DNA of 64,000 bases from an uncultured delta proteobacterium (GTDB taxonomy: Bacteria; Myxococcota; B64-G9): positions 1,216,001 to 1,280,000 of the forward strand of contig CAVWHX010000004.1 in assembly GCA_963754925.1 (NCBI GenBank). The letters are read 5' to 3'. The translations under genes and the position numbers were made by a program. The notes below the pieces were generated by a model. It was not told the DNA's origin. It ran no database searches and was given only the letters and a program-made list of their open reading frames with translations. Of this stretch, positions 1-10,632 are shown one piece after another. Within the stretch, counting starts at the first letter, position 1; every line of letters begins with the position of its first letter.

Positions 1-514
1 GTTGTTGAATCCTCAATCATCAGGTGTCCTTAATCTTGCATCGTATCCACAGAAAACATGGCGTCAAGTATTCGACTTGCATTCGGAAGTATGCGGTCTG
101 CCAAAAGTGATATCAATGGATTTTGACCGATCCTCGCAGTATCGTAAATCATTCATCTCAATTAGTAGAACTAGTTTGTTGAGAAAAAGTATACATGCTT
201 TTTCCGAATGGCTTCGCTCTATTTCGCCGTCAGCATTACTTGACAATCCTGATGTAAAAGCGGTGGGTAGTATGGTACTTGACAGACTACCGGGCACGAT
301 TGAACGAAGGCTTAAAGCATTATCTGCAATAAGAACCGTGCGCGGTCAAATCAACGCTTTAAAGGTAGCCCCTAGCGTGGACCTGATGTATTGTTGTGAC
401 GCAATGCCGGGAAAGTATCTTGAAATTCCACCGCTAGATGAAGCCATTCTAAACAATCAGAAAAAAGATCTGCATGAGTGGTATAAGAAAGCAATCGTTG
501 GACCAATAGGATGA
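1..514 (+). CDS. Partial CDS (5' end outside window), possibly C-terminus of an NAD-dependent epimerase/dehydratase
   Basis: Open frame from window edge; 'GVLNLAS..KTWRQVF' resembles the extended-SDR C-terminal segment; glycan-locus context. Confidence 0.4.
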   Translation, partial: LLNPQSSGVLNLASYPQKTWRQVFDLHSEVCGLPKVISMDFDRSSQYRKSFISISRTSLLRKSIHAFSEWLRSISPSALLDNPDVKAVGSMVLDRLPGTIERRLKALSAIRTVRGQINALKVAPSVDLMYCCDAMPGKYLEIPPLDEAILNNQKKDLHEWYKKAIVGPIG

Positions 515-526
515 ACGGAAAAATAA

Positions 527-682
527 TTCATAGAACGGCTGACACAAGATTTACTCAGATACTCATGATTCACTCCGGAAGAATACCACGGCTACTTTGA
601 AGAAGCAGGGGGAATGGAACTAATTTATAAAAAAACGGGAAATGTAGTTGCGAAAAAGCTCGGCGAACGGGCTGCGCGATAA
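527..682 (+). pseudogene. 3' gene remnant with internal stop
   Basis: Frame FIERLTQDLLRYS*FTPEEYHGYFEEAGGMELIYKKTGNVVAKKLGERAAR*; TGA at 566-568; terminal TAA overlaps asnB ATG (TAATG). Confidence 0.4.
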
Positions 683-2517
683 TGTGTGGGATATTCTCTA
701 TCGTTGCTGACAATACCGCAAAATTTACTGGGGTTGTCGATCCGATGCTGAAAGCGCTTGCACATCGTGGACCTGACGCTTGCGGTTTCGCAACGAAAAA
801 TGGCTGCATTCTCGGTCACACCCGCCTTAGCATTATCGATCTCACTTCCGGCGATCAACCGATGATGTCTGCCGACGATCGTTACACCATTAGTTTCAAC
901 GGTGAGATTTACAATTTCCGCAAGCTACGAAGCGAGATGGAGCGCCTCGGCCACGGATTCAGGACATCATCGGACACTGAAGTGGTCCTTGTTGCATATA
1001 GAGTCTGGGGTGCCGCCTGTCTTGACCGTTTTCGCGGCATGTTTGCTTTTGCCATTTGGGACAACCGGGAGCGCGAACTCTTCGCGGCCCGCGACCTTTT
1101 CGGCGAAAAGCCTCTCTACTTCGCCGAGGCTCCCGATGGTGCATTCTTTGTTTCATCGGAGATCAAGGCCATCATTGCATCGGGGAACATCAAGCCAAAG
1201 ATCGACCCGAATGCTGTTGATGCCTATCTTGCTATCGGATATGTGCCGCCTGATCGCACGATTTATTCGAATGTGCAGACACTGCCACCGGGGCATTACC
1301 TCCGGTGGAAAAACGGCAAACACAGGATTGAGCGCTACTGGCAACCGATTCTCCATACACAACCTATCACGCTTGCCGATGCAGGGGATCGTTTACGAGA
1401 GCTCCTGCAGCAGGCGGTAAACCGGCAAATGGTGGCAGATGTTCCGGTGGGAGCGTTTTTAAGCGGCGGTCTTGATTCCAGCACCATTGTGGCTCTCATG
1501 CAAATGCAGAGCAACAGGCCGGTGAAGACTTTTTCGGTGGGGTTTGGAGAATATATAAACGAACTTCCTTATGCTCGAGCTGTTGCGCAGAAATATGAGA
1601 CTGAGCATCACGAAATAGATTTGGGAACACCGGATGTACCAAGGATGCTCCTTCTCATGGCAGAGGTTTATGATGAACCCTTTGCTGATACCTCTAATAT
1701 TCCAACCTATCTCATATCTGAGTTTGCCAGGAAGCAGGTGAAAGTCGTCCTTTCGGGGGACGGGGGAGACGAACTTTTCGGCGGATATAGTTGGACCTAT
1801 CCTATGCTCGTAAAGTCAGGAACAGTGCCTGAGTCCATGGTTTATTGGATTATGTTCAGGTCCTTGAGCAAACTATTGCGTCACCGTTGGAAGTCTCTCG
1901 CTCTTTACTCTGCGGGTTGCGGGCTTGCGGCCCGCTGGCCCGACATGTGGTCGCGTCAGATCATGCAGCATATTTATATTAAGAAAGAACAACGTCGACG
2001 TCTTTGGGGAAAGCGTTTTTGTGACGTTGCGTCATATTATCCGGATAATTACTATCGGCCACCCGAGGGTATTGAGGGTGTCAACCGGGGCTTCTATTAT
2101 GACCTTACCTCATATTTGCCAGGTGATATTCTGGTCAAAGTCGACAGAGCCGCTATGTCACACGGCCTTGAAACACGAGCGCCTTTTCTTGACCGTGATT
2201 TGGCCGAATTTGCATTATCTCTACCGGTGAATCTAAAAGTTGAAGGTTGGAAAACAAAAATAGTTTTACAGGAGTCGTGCAAACGTTTCTGGCCTGATGA
2301 ATTAAAAGGGAGAAAAAAGCAAGGCTTTGGTTCACCGATCCATGTATGGCTTGAGCGGAAAGAAGTACGTGACCTCATGAAGGAGGTTTTCTTACCATCT
2401 TCTCCTCTTTCAAACTTTCTTCCGGGTATAGGGTTTCGCAACCATAAGAATTTATTTGAAGATTGGATTCTTCTTGTCCTTGGTCTATGGCTTGAAAAAA
2501 ACAAGATTTCAGTATGA
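682..2517 (+). CDS. asnB: Asparagine synthase (glutamine-hydrolysing)-like amidotransferase
   Basis: MCGI N-terminus, HRGPD, RLSIID, NGEIYN, LSGGLDSS, SGDGGDELFGGY, KVDR..M..GLE.R.PFLD. Confidence 0.95.
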   Translation: MCGIFSIVADNTAKFTGVVDPMLKALAHRGPDACGFATKNGCILGHTRLSIIDLTSGDQPMMSADDRYTISFNGEIYNFRKLRSEMERLGHGFRTSSDTEVVLVAYRVWGAACLDRFRGMFAFAIWDNRERELFAARDLFGEKPLYFAEAPDGAFFVSSEIKAIIASGNIKPKIDPNAVDAYLAIGYVPPDRTIYSNVQTLPPGHYLRWKNGKHRIERYWQPILHTQPITLADAGDRLRELLQQAVNRQMVADVPVGAFLSGGLDSSTIVALMQMQSNRPVKTFSVGFGEYINELPYARAVAQKYETEHHEIDLGTPDVPRMLLLMAEVYDEPFADTSNIPTYLISEFARKQVKVVLSGDGGDELFGGYSWTYPMLVKSGTVPESMVYWIMFRSLSKLLRHRWKSLALYSAGCGLAARWPDMWSRQIMQHIYIKKEQRRRLWGKRFCDVASYYPDNYYRPPEGIEGVNRGFYYDLTSYLPGDILVKVDRAAMSHGLETRAPFLDRDLAEFALSLPVNLKVEGWKTKIVLQESCKRFWPDELKGRKKQGFGSPIHVWLERKEVRDLMKEVFLPSSPLSNFLPGIGFRNHKNLFEDWILLVLGLWLEKNKISV

Positions 2518-3686
2518 ATAGTTATACAATACAGCCTCAACAAACAAGTGACCCCAAGGTATCGGTGCTTATGGCTGTATATAACGGCGAGCGTTACTTA
2601 CGGGAGGCTATTGAATCGATCCTTGCACAGACTTTCACTGATTTTGAATTTTTAATCGTAAACGATGGCTCCACTGATTCATCACGCGATATTGTTCTTT
2701 CGTACCACGACTCCCGTATTCGTCTCATTGACAACCCGGAGAATATGGGCCTTACCAAGTCTCTTAATAGAGGACTTTCTTTGGCCCGCGGCGAATACGT
2801 GGCGCGGCAGGATGCTGATGACAGGTCTCACGCTTTACGTTTAGAGAAGCAGATAGCCTTTATGAATGTGCATCAGGATGTTGTACTAATAGGAACTCAA
2901 GCAAGAATAATTGACGAAAATGGCCGCACATTGAAAAGTAGAAATAGTTATCGAGCTCAAACGTATTTAGGAATTCTATTTCAGTTTTTGTTTGAGAATC
3001 CTTTTATTCATTCTTCTGTCATGTTCCAAAAAAAAGTAATATTGGAACATTTTAGAGGATACGATGAAAGCTTGTATTACAATCAGGATTTTCATTTATG
3101 GTCTAGTTTACTTCCCTCTTTTTTTGCATTAAATGTTCCTGAGCCTTTGATAGATTTGCGCCGTAATCCGTTTTCAATTACACAACTAACCCCCTCGAAA
3201 AAAGAAGCTTTCAAACAAAATCTTTATAAAGGTGTTCTAAAGCATAAGGCTAACATCACCATAATACTTGGTTCCGATTCCGATTATATTGATTTTCCAG
3301 CTATTTATTATAGAATAAACGATCCATTTATAGATGGTCACCATCCGCAAGCTTATAAAGCCATAAACAGGGTATTGGTTATGTATAACAAGTTTAAAAT
3401 AAAATACCCTGAATCAGATGACAATACAGAATTACGTAAGATTCTTATAAATGTATTAGACAATATCTTACAATATTTGGCATTGTATAATAAAAAAGCT
3501 GCTCTCCGTTCATATATATCTTTACTATTCATTTCCAGGGGAAGCATTCTAACGTCTTCGCCGAAAATTTTTGGTCTAATATTTTTTAACAAGTCAAGAA
3601 TAATAAGAATATTTATCGACCGCCTGAGGAGAATATCGTCAAGGTGTGAATTCTTATTTCACTGGACGACAAATGGCAAAGACTAA
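2514..3686 (+). CDS. Glycosyltransferase family 2
   Basis: VSVLMAVYNGERYLREAIESIL, VNDGSTD, ARQDADD; ATGA overlap with asnB. Confidence 0.93.
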   Translation: MNSYTIQPQQTSDPKVSVLMAVYNGERYLREAIESILAQTFTDFEFLIVNDGSTDSSRDIVLSYHDSRIRLIDNPENMGLTKSLNRGLSLARGEYVARQDADDRSHALRLEKQIAFMNVHQDVVLIGTQARIIDENGRTLKSRNSYRAQTYLGILFQFLFENPFIHSSVMFQKKVILEHFRGYDESLYYNQDFHLWSSLLPSFFALNVPEPLIDLRRNPFSITQLTPSKKEAFKQNLYKGVLKHKANITIILGSDSDYIDFPAIYYRINDPFIDGHHPQAYKAINRVLVMYNKFKIKYPESDDNTELRKILINVLDNILQYLALYNKKAALRSYISLLFISRGSILTSSPKIFGLIFFNKSRIIRIFIDRLRRISSRCEFLFHWTTNGKD

Positions 3687-4701
3687 CTCTTTTCATAAAT
3701 TCCTAAATGCTTATCACTATTTTAGGGCTATGAAAGCAGGATCAGAATATAGCTCTCTCTATCCTATTTCTGTCGGATTCGAGACCACTGCCGTATGTAA
3801 TCTGCGATGTCCGAAATGCCCGGTAGGCCAAGAACTTGTCGTTGATCCCAAATTCAGTTTCATGGACATTCATCTTTTTAGGCGTCTTATTGATGAGATA
3901 AAGGACCATGTTTATTCCGTATCATTGTCCGGATATGGAGAGCCGCTAATAAATCCAAGATTATTTGAATATGTTGAGTATGCTAAACAAAAAGGCCTAA
4001 TGGTTAGTTTTTTTTCAAATGGTGTTGCTCTCAATGATTCACTTATTGCCAATATATTAAAATATAATATTGATAGTATAGCTTTTTCAATCGATTGTTT
4101 GCCAGAACAATTTCAATGCTACAGTAAACTTAAAGGCATTCCAATAAATGTAGCTAAATTGCATTTAGAAAAGATAATAGCAAAGATCTGTGATTTGGTG
4201 CATGCACGAGATATAGCTAATAATCAATTGAATATTTGCTGTGTTAAAATGGATACTGAAGGAGGAACACCTTTGGAAGAATATCAATCCTTTTGGCAAC
4301 AGAAAGGTGTTGATACGATTTCAGGTGGGATAAATGATTTTGCAGGTTCACTTCATAGAATAAGTCAAACAATGGAATTCAGCAATAATAAATGCTCTGC
4401 TTTATATTCTTTATCAGTTAATTCAGATGGTCGAGTTCCACTGTGTTGTATTGATTATATGTGTAAATACGAACTTGGTGATACAAGGAGGCAGACGCTG
4501 TCAGAAATATACAATGGAAAGAGGATAAGAGAAATAAGGAAAATATACTACTCTAAACAAAGGGATAATATTATTTGTGGACAATGTAAATCTCCATTTA
4601 GTGTGCCTAATACAATGCCATTAGTAATGGCGACAAAAGTGTATTTATCTAATAATGTTCCTAAGTTGAGAAAAATATATAAAAAATATTTTAGGAAGTA
4701 A
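3673..4701 (+). CDS. Radical SAM protein with C-terminal SPASM/Twitch domain
   Basis: CNLRCPKC (CxxxCxxC), GYGEPL, C..L.VNSDGRVPLCCID..LGD..L.EIY..CGQC; ATG 3673 preferred over 3646. Confidence 0.9.
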   Translation: MAKTNSFHKFLNAYHYFRAMKAGSEYSSLYPISVGFETTAVCNLRCPKCPVGQELVVDPKFSFMDIHLFRRLIDEIKDHVYSVSLSGYGEPLINPRLFEYVEYAKQKGLMVSFFSNGVALNDSLIANILKYNIDSIAFSIDCLPEQFQCYSKLKGIPINVAKLHLEKIIAKICDLVHARDIANNQLNICCVKMDTEGGTPLEEYQSFWQQKGVDTISGGINDFAGSLHRISQTMEFSNNKCSALYSLSVNSDGRVPLCCIDYMCKYELGDTRRQTLSEIYNGKRIREIRKIYYSKQRDNIICGQCKSPFSVPNTMPLVMATKVYLSNNVPKLRKIYKKYFRK

Positions 4702-4779
4702 CTAAATCTGAGTTCAATAAAACAAATATTTCGACGAGTAATTGAGAAAAGCGAATTTCTATCCACAGTTTATCGGAAT

Positions 4780-5573
4780 GTGAGGGATGAAATAAGGTTT
4801 TATAAAAAAAACCCCGTTCTCACTCCATTTGGTTTCTGGCTATCTGGAGATAAAAGTATGGAGATTGGCTCGTTCGAGCCCGAGGAATCAGAGATGATTA
4901 TGGATCGTCTTGTTGACACAGATGTATTTGTGGATGTTGGCGCAAACGTTGGTTTCTATAGTTGTTTGGCAAGAAGTAGAGGTAAAAGGGTTATTTCCGT
5001 GGAGCCTCATTCGATGAATATCCGGGCCCTCTTTAGAAATATAGAATTGAATTCTTGGAAAGACATAGAGGTTTGGCCTATTGGGTTAGCTGATTCGCCA
5101 GGCAGTATGACCTTGTGGGGAGGCGGGACTGGCGCCTCACTTGTTATGGGGTGGGCGGGGATCTCAACGTCATGGAAACAAACCATTGCAGTGAATACAA
5201 TAGATAATATTTTAGGTAATCGTTTTAGGGGAAACAGGCTTTTTATTAAGGTGGATGTAGAAGGTGCAGAATTTGGTTTATTGCAGGGCGCAATAGCAAC
5301 GTTAAAAGAGAACCGCGACCTATATGGTTGGTTGAGATCACACTTTCAATCCATCATCCTGGGGTAAATAAGAAATTTGGGAGCACTTTTAAAATTTTTT
5401 GGGATAATGGCTACTGTGCCTATGCAGCTAATAGCGAAAGAAAAATTGTCACGGAATCAGATGTTTCGCGTTGGGTGAGTAATGGGATCTGTGATAGCGA
5501 GTGTATAAATTGGTTGTTTGTTCCCAAACACATCCATGAGATAGACGGTACTAAAATCGAGGGTGTAATATGA
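4780..5573 (+). CDS. FkbM-family methyltransferase, split by one frameshift near 5303-5308 (true start may lie upstream, frame open from 4702)
   Basis: FVDVGANVGFYS, FIKVDVEGAE; adding one A to ttaaaag gives ..KREPRPIWLVEI joining ORF 5328-5573. Confidence 0.85.
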
Positions 5574-5803
5574 GTTACATCTAGCTCGAATATGGCGGAA
5601 CGTATATCGATGCGCGGATTTTTTTCAAGGACATTTGGGATTTCTTCAGCACCTGCAATCCTAACTATGCGGTTTTCAAGATATACCCCGACTGTCTCGT
5701 TTATTTTGATGAATATAAACAGGAAATGGATACTTTTCAGTACTCGAATTGGCTGTTTACATTGGACAAGAGTATAAATGGTTTCAATACGGTCACTTAT
5801 TAA
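5570..5803 (+). pseudogene. C-terminal remnant of a second FkbM-type methyltransferase with nonsense codon
   Basis: MSYI*LEYGGTYIDARIFFKDIWDFF..FKIYP..EYKQEMDTFQYSNWLF resembles the FkbM 'IQFEYGG' C-terminus; TAG at 5582-5584. Confidence 0.65.
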
Positions 5804-7007
5804 ATCGGCGCCTGTCCTTGGTGTAACGTGGTCGCGTTTTCGCCGCTCGCAACTTCATCATGAGTATCATCTGCGTAGGGAATATTATGCGAAGATTTTT
5901 GGAGAGCGTGGATTAAGTTATGATGAACGAGAAACGATAAAGGCTGTTCGGCAGCGTATCTGTGATAGAGGTCATACACCAATTAAGCGTGAAATCGGCG
6001 AAATACATACCTTTGCCTTGATACCGCTGTTCAGTTGGCATAAATATTTACTGCCTGATCTCAATGAGTTTGGTCCAGTCTCTTTATTTGATTATGTATC
6101 ACTTGGATATGACCCTGAAATCTTCTATGGAGGCCCTCAATGGACAGGAGAACGTATTCGACTGAGAAAGGAAATGGTTTCGCGGGTGTTGCCAATGATC
6201 AAGGATGCACATCGTAAACGACCGATAGATTGGATTTTATGTTATGGTGGCGGTCAGGATATTTCAGCGGCTGTTATCAAAAAGATTGTTGAAGAATATG
6301 GAATACCGACCGTCAATATGACTTTTGATGATAAACAGGGTTGGGTAGGTCCATTCTGTGGAGAACATTGCACCGGTGCAAAAGATATCACCAAGGAATT
6401 TGATGTGTTCTTCACCTCAGCGCAGGTGGCTTGTGAATGGCACCTTGCTGAGGGTGGCAGGGCAATTTATATGCCCGAAGGTTTTGATAATTCATACTTC
6501 CATCCAAGAAAGGTTGCAAAAGATATCCCCGTAAGCTTCTTAGGAGTATCTTATGGTTTTCGTATGTCCGTGATCAAGTTTTTACAGAATCATGGCATAG
6601 ATGTTCAGGCCTATGGCAATGGCTGGCCGAGAGGCTTCGCGAACGATCCTGCGGATATTTTTAACAGAACGGTCATCAACCTTGGCATGGGTGGCATCGG
6701 ATATTCAGAAAGCCTTACGAATGTTAAAGGCAGAGACTTTGATATTCCTGGAACCGGCGGAGGCGTGTATCTGACATCTTTCAACCCCGATTTAGCGAAG
6801 CATTTTGTTGTGGGTGAGGAAATTTGTTGTTACCGAAACAGAGAAGAGCTGCTCGAACTTATTCGCCATTATCTTCAGAATCGTGACGAAGCGGAAAAGA
6901 TCTCAGAGAGGGCAAGAACCCGTTCCTTAAGGGAGCATCGATGGTTTCATCGTTATCAACGGATGGCTGAGGTTGTTGGTATAATCCCTGAAAGGGTGTC
7001 TGACTAA
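5778..7007 (+). CDS. CgeB-like glycosyltransferase (GT-B, Glyco_trans_1_2 type)
   Basis: DIPVSFLG..YGFR, NVKGRDFDIPGTGG, F..GEEICCY..EEL, R.LREHRW.HR. Confidence 0.8.
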   Translation: MVSIRSLIKSAPVLGVTWSRFRRSQLHHEYHLRREYYAKIFGERGLSYDERETIKAVRQRICDRGHTPIKREIGEIHTFALIPLFSWHKYLLPDLNEFGPVSLFDYVSLGYDPEIFYGGPQWTGERIRLRKEMVSRVLPMIKDAHRKRPIDWILCYGGGQDISAAVIKKIVEEYGIPTVNMTFDDKQGWVGPFCGEHCTGAKDITKEFDVFFTSAQVACEWHLAEGGRAIYMPEGFDNSYFHPRKVAKDIPVSFLGVSYGFRMSVIKFLQNHGIDVQAYGNGWPRGFANDPADIFNRTVINLGMGGIGYSESLTNVKGRDFDIPGTGGGVYLTSFNPDLAKHFVVGEEICCYRNREELLELIRHYLQNRDEAEKISERARTRSLREHRWFHRYQRMAEVVGIIPERVSD

Positions 7008-7009
7008 CG

Positions 7010-7982
7010 ATGCCTCCATACTTCAGCATTATCATACCAATGTATAATCGTGAACGTTTTATTGCACGAGCAATTAACAGTTGTCTGAAGCAGGACTTTG
7101 TGGACTTCGAGATTATTATTGTGGATGATGGTTCTACGGACCAATCGGTGAGATTCGTGGAGCGAATTTAAAGACTCGAGGATAAGACTTATTAAACACG
7201 AAAATAATCAGGAACGCTTAATAGCAAGAAATACGGGTGCAAAGGTCGCTTTAGGCCAATGGTTAATTTGGTTCGATAGTGATGACGAACTTGTGCCCGA
7301 TGCGCTCACCATCATAATGCGAAGAATACGCGAACTTCCCGGTGATGTGCTAGGGTTACGTTTTATGTGTCGTCTTGATTCAGGACGAATCTCTCCGGAT
7401 CCGCCCCACCGTAATGAAATATGGGATTACGAGGGGTATATTCGTTGGCTGGAGTCACATCACGGGAAATGGTCTGAAGCTATGCCCATTGTGAATAAAC
7501 AAACGATTCAATATGTGCTTTTTCCAGAAGACAAGGCATATACCGGCGAAACTCAATATCATCTCGACTTCACATACCGTTATAAGGTGATTGCTTGTGA
7601 CGATGTCTTAAGACGTTACCATCTTGATGCGGAGAATAATACATGGCACCCTAACATAAAGAGAACAATCTTAAATTCCGCTATTTTCGCTGCACGGTTA
7701 CAAAAGATTGTTGCCGTTCACGGAAATAGCATAAGAAAATGGGCGCCGCAGACCTATGCAATGCTTCTTACAGGAATGCTTACCCAATTGCTTCTTTCAG
7801 GACAAAAGAAAAAGGCATGGGGTATTTTTAAACAAGCATTGAACATGGGAAGCTGTAATCCTCGGACGTGGGTAATCATGCTTTTCGGAATAATCAATCC
7901 TTTTTTACTTGCTTGCTTAAAAGCAACGTATTCAAGGATATCGTTTTTGAGCACGTCGGCATCTATTACGAATTCATTATAA
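7010..7982 (+). CDS. Glycosyltransferase family 2, one frameshift near 7160
   Basis: MPPYFSIIIPMYNRERFIARAINS..VDDGSTD, then shifted frame FKDSRIRLIKHENN..WFDSDD continuing into ORF 7293-7982. Confidence 0.85.
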
Positions 7983-8032
7983 CAATGGAAATAACCATTG
8001 GCTTCTTTGTTTCGTAATTCACATGGCTGAGA

Positions 8033-9509
8033 ATGACTATTAAAAATAGAACTATACCAATACTTTTTGTCTCGTTGTTACTAAGTGGCGTTGCGCTTGC
8101 CTTTATGACTGCAGATGAACGTTATGTTGCGGCGCCTGCTTTAGCTTGCATCAATATGATGCTCTGGCTGTGGATGACATTGTGGGATCGTGATGGTAAG
8201 ATTCCATTTTTTGATGTGGGTGTGTTCTGCGCCTTGGCCACACTTGTTTATATCGTCTATCCCCTTATAAATTTCTGGTTTGATGGTCTGCAATTTAGTT
8301 TTCTTAGTGATTACCGATTGCAGTCGTATCATATCTCATCGGTCGACCTTGGTCTCTTCCATCTGCGCCACGTGCTGTATTTCTTTTCATTCGTGGTTTT
8401 CTTATTCAATGTTTCGAGGAAAAGGAGTTGTAGAATTAGGTAATGTTGGCAATCCGAGTCGATCTCAGCAGAAAGTCATATTTCTCTTTTTTCTGTTATT
8501 GAGTGGTTATTTCTTTGCTTTGGAGTTAATAACTGATGTTGATTACTATGTTACCTATCAACCAGAGGCAATTGGAAGAAATATAAAAGCTTTTGCGAGT
8601 ATGCCTCTCCTTTTATTGCAAATATCAAATAAGTTATTTGGTATTCTTTTCGTCTTCAAGCTAGCAATACTCTATATCGTTGTAAGTCAGTGTAAGAAAA
8701 ATAAGTGGTTCTTTATTTTGCTTTTATGGGTTACGGCAGAGATTATTCAGGCGGTTTATATCAAAGGAGCTCGTTCTGGTTTAGTGTTTTTAATTTTGGC
8801 AACAGCTCTATTCTACCATCGGATGATAAAGCCTCTCAATACTAAATATTTGGTGATCTCAGGGATGGTGTTTTTTACATTATTTATTTATATGGGCCTT
8901 TATCGTTCATACACTGACATTGCTGATATGCAAGCTGATATAGCTCGTAGTGAAGCAGGAGTATTATCAAGCGGAAGCGAGTTCCAGGCATTGCTTGGAA
9001 CCGCGTATGATGTATATAAGAGGAAAGAGGCGGGGGCTAAATTACCTTGGTATTTATATATTAACGATATTATGACAATACTTCCCCCACAACAATTGAT
9101 GCCCTTTAAAAAGGTTTTAGCAGCCGACTGGTATTTGGAGGAGATTGGTTTGGGTGGAAAAGGTGTCGGCTTTATGTGGGGAGTTATTAGTCAGGCAATT
9201 GTAGGGTTGGATTGGTTTGAGCTTGCTATACGAGGCGCGATATTGGGATTTATCTTGGCTCGATTTCACCGTTGGTACCTAAGACATAAGACAAGGTTTT
9301 TGGAAACATTGCTCTATGTGTATATGTGTCTTCGAGTATATTACACATACAGAGACACAACATTAAGCATTCTGGCATTTGTTGTTTGGGAGGTCATTCC
9401 ATTCTATCTAGTTTTACGAATTAGCAGTGTGCGCAAGAAAAGAAATACAATTCCGTTCCGTACAGCAATACAGAATAATGTACAAGATATGCAAAATACA
9501 CATATTTAG
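8033..9509 (+). CDS. Wzy-like polysaccharide polymerase (multi-TM), one frameshift near 8397-8400
   Basis: Many hydrophobic segments, KGARSG and YR motifs; ORFs 8033-8443 and 8280-9509 join by removing one T. Confidence 0.65.
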
Positions 9510-9673
9510 AGATATCAATCCAGCTTCTGATTCAATAAGGGCCATTGGCAGTAGTAATGAGCAACATAGTACTTATAAATGATTTAATTTGGATGTAAAT
9601 GGATATAAATAAAATAATATATTAATAATGATGTTGAGATCTAACAAGATGACTTCTAGAAAAAAAAGATATT

Positions 9674-10609
9674 GTGTTTAAAATAGTTTGCATATTACCA
9701 AATGGTCCATTAAAGAAGGTGATGAGACGATTTCGTTTATATCATCCATCGCTGAATTATTTAATGGAGCTTTCTAAAGGGAATGAAAAGTCACTGGGCG
9801 CCCGATCGAAAGAATTCAGCGAGATTTTAGAAGATCTTTTGATCAATGGTATCTGGAAACGAACTGGTCCGGGGCGTCTGGCAGTTTTAGATGAATGGGT
9901 CGAAACAGTTTTACCATATCACCTCCCCAAGTCGTTTAAGATATTGGATATAGGGGCATCCGATGGTAGCACCACCTTTGACACGGTGTGTTACTACAAA
10001 GATAACCATGGCATAGAAGTTAAGGCAACTATACTTGAGAGGCAGTTACGCCTACATTGCTTTCGTCGGGGATGGATACGGTATTATCTTACTCATAACC
10101 AATGTCCATTATTATTACAAATTGGCCCATTGGGTGTCTTACTCGAAGAGATAGAGGCCAAAGAAGGATTTGTTTTTAATCCAATTATTCGAGTAATGAA
10201 AAGGTACTTGAAACGCTTTCCGTTAGAAAAGCACATGAGTGATTACGGTGATCTTCTTTTAGAGAATCCTGTGGTTAAAAATAGCCCAGACATAATTTGG
10301 TTGGAGCGAGATCTTTTCCAGTTTGATTCAACACTGGTGGAAACTTTCGATTTCATTCGCTGTTGCAATGTGCTAAATTGCGGTTATTTTAACGAGGCCG
10401 AGATTTATGATGCAATTCGACTACTAGCTCGTTATCTAAAGCCAAAAGGTTTATTATTGGTGTCTCGAACCATAGATGATCCCGCGGGTTCTTTCCACAA
10501 CGCAAGTTTATGGATGAAAAATGGTGAAAAATTACAACATCTATCTGATTTGAATGGTGGGTCCGAAGTTAAAAAACTGGTACCGGTTACCGAAGGTCTC
10601 CATAATTAA
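9674..10609 (+). CDS. Class I SAM-dependent methyltransferase-like protein (CheR-like C-terminus)
   Basis: ILDIGASDG, FDFIRCCNVL..YF, LKPKGLLLV. Confidence 0.65.
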   Translation: MFKIVCILPNGPLKKVMRRFRLYHPSLNYLMELSKGNEKSLGARSKEFSEILEDLLINGIWKRTGPGRLAVLDEWVETVLPYHLPKSFKILDIGASDGSTTFDTVCYYKDNHGIEVKATILERQLRLHCFRRGWIRYYLTHNQCPLLLQIGPLGVLLEEIEAKEGFVFNPIIRVMKRYLKRFPLEKHMSDYGDLLLENPVVKNSPDIIWLERDLFQFDSTLVETFDFIRCCNVLNCGYFNEAEIYDAIRLLARYLKPKGLLLVSRTIDDPAGSFHNASLWMKNGEKLQHLSDLNGGSEVKKLVPVTEGLHN

Positions 10610-10632
10610 GCCAATTGTCTTATTGATTCGAA

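Noticed and set aside
566..568. Selenocysteine or recoded TGA
   Set aside because: Frame lacks a start and redox motif; no SECIS-like hairpin evident; TGA is a normal stop elsewhere
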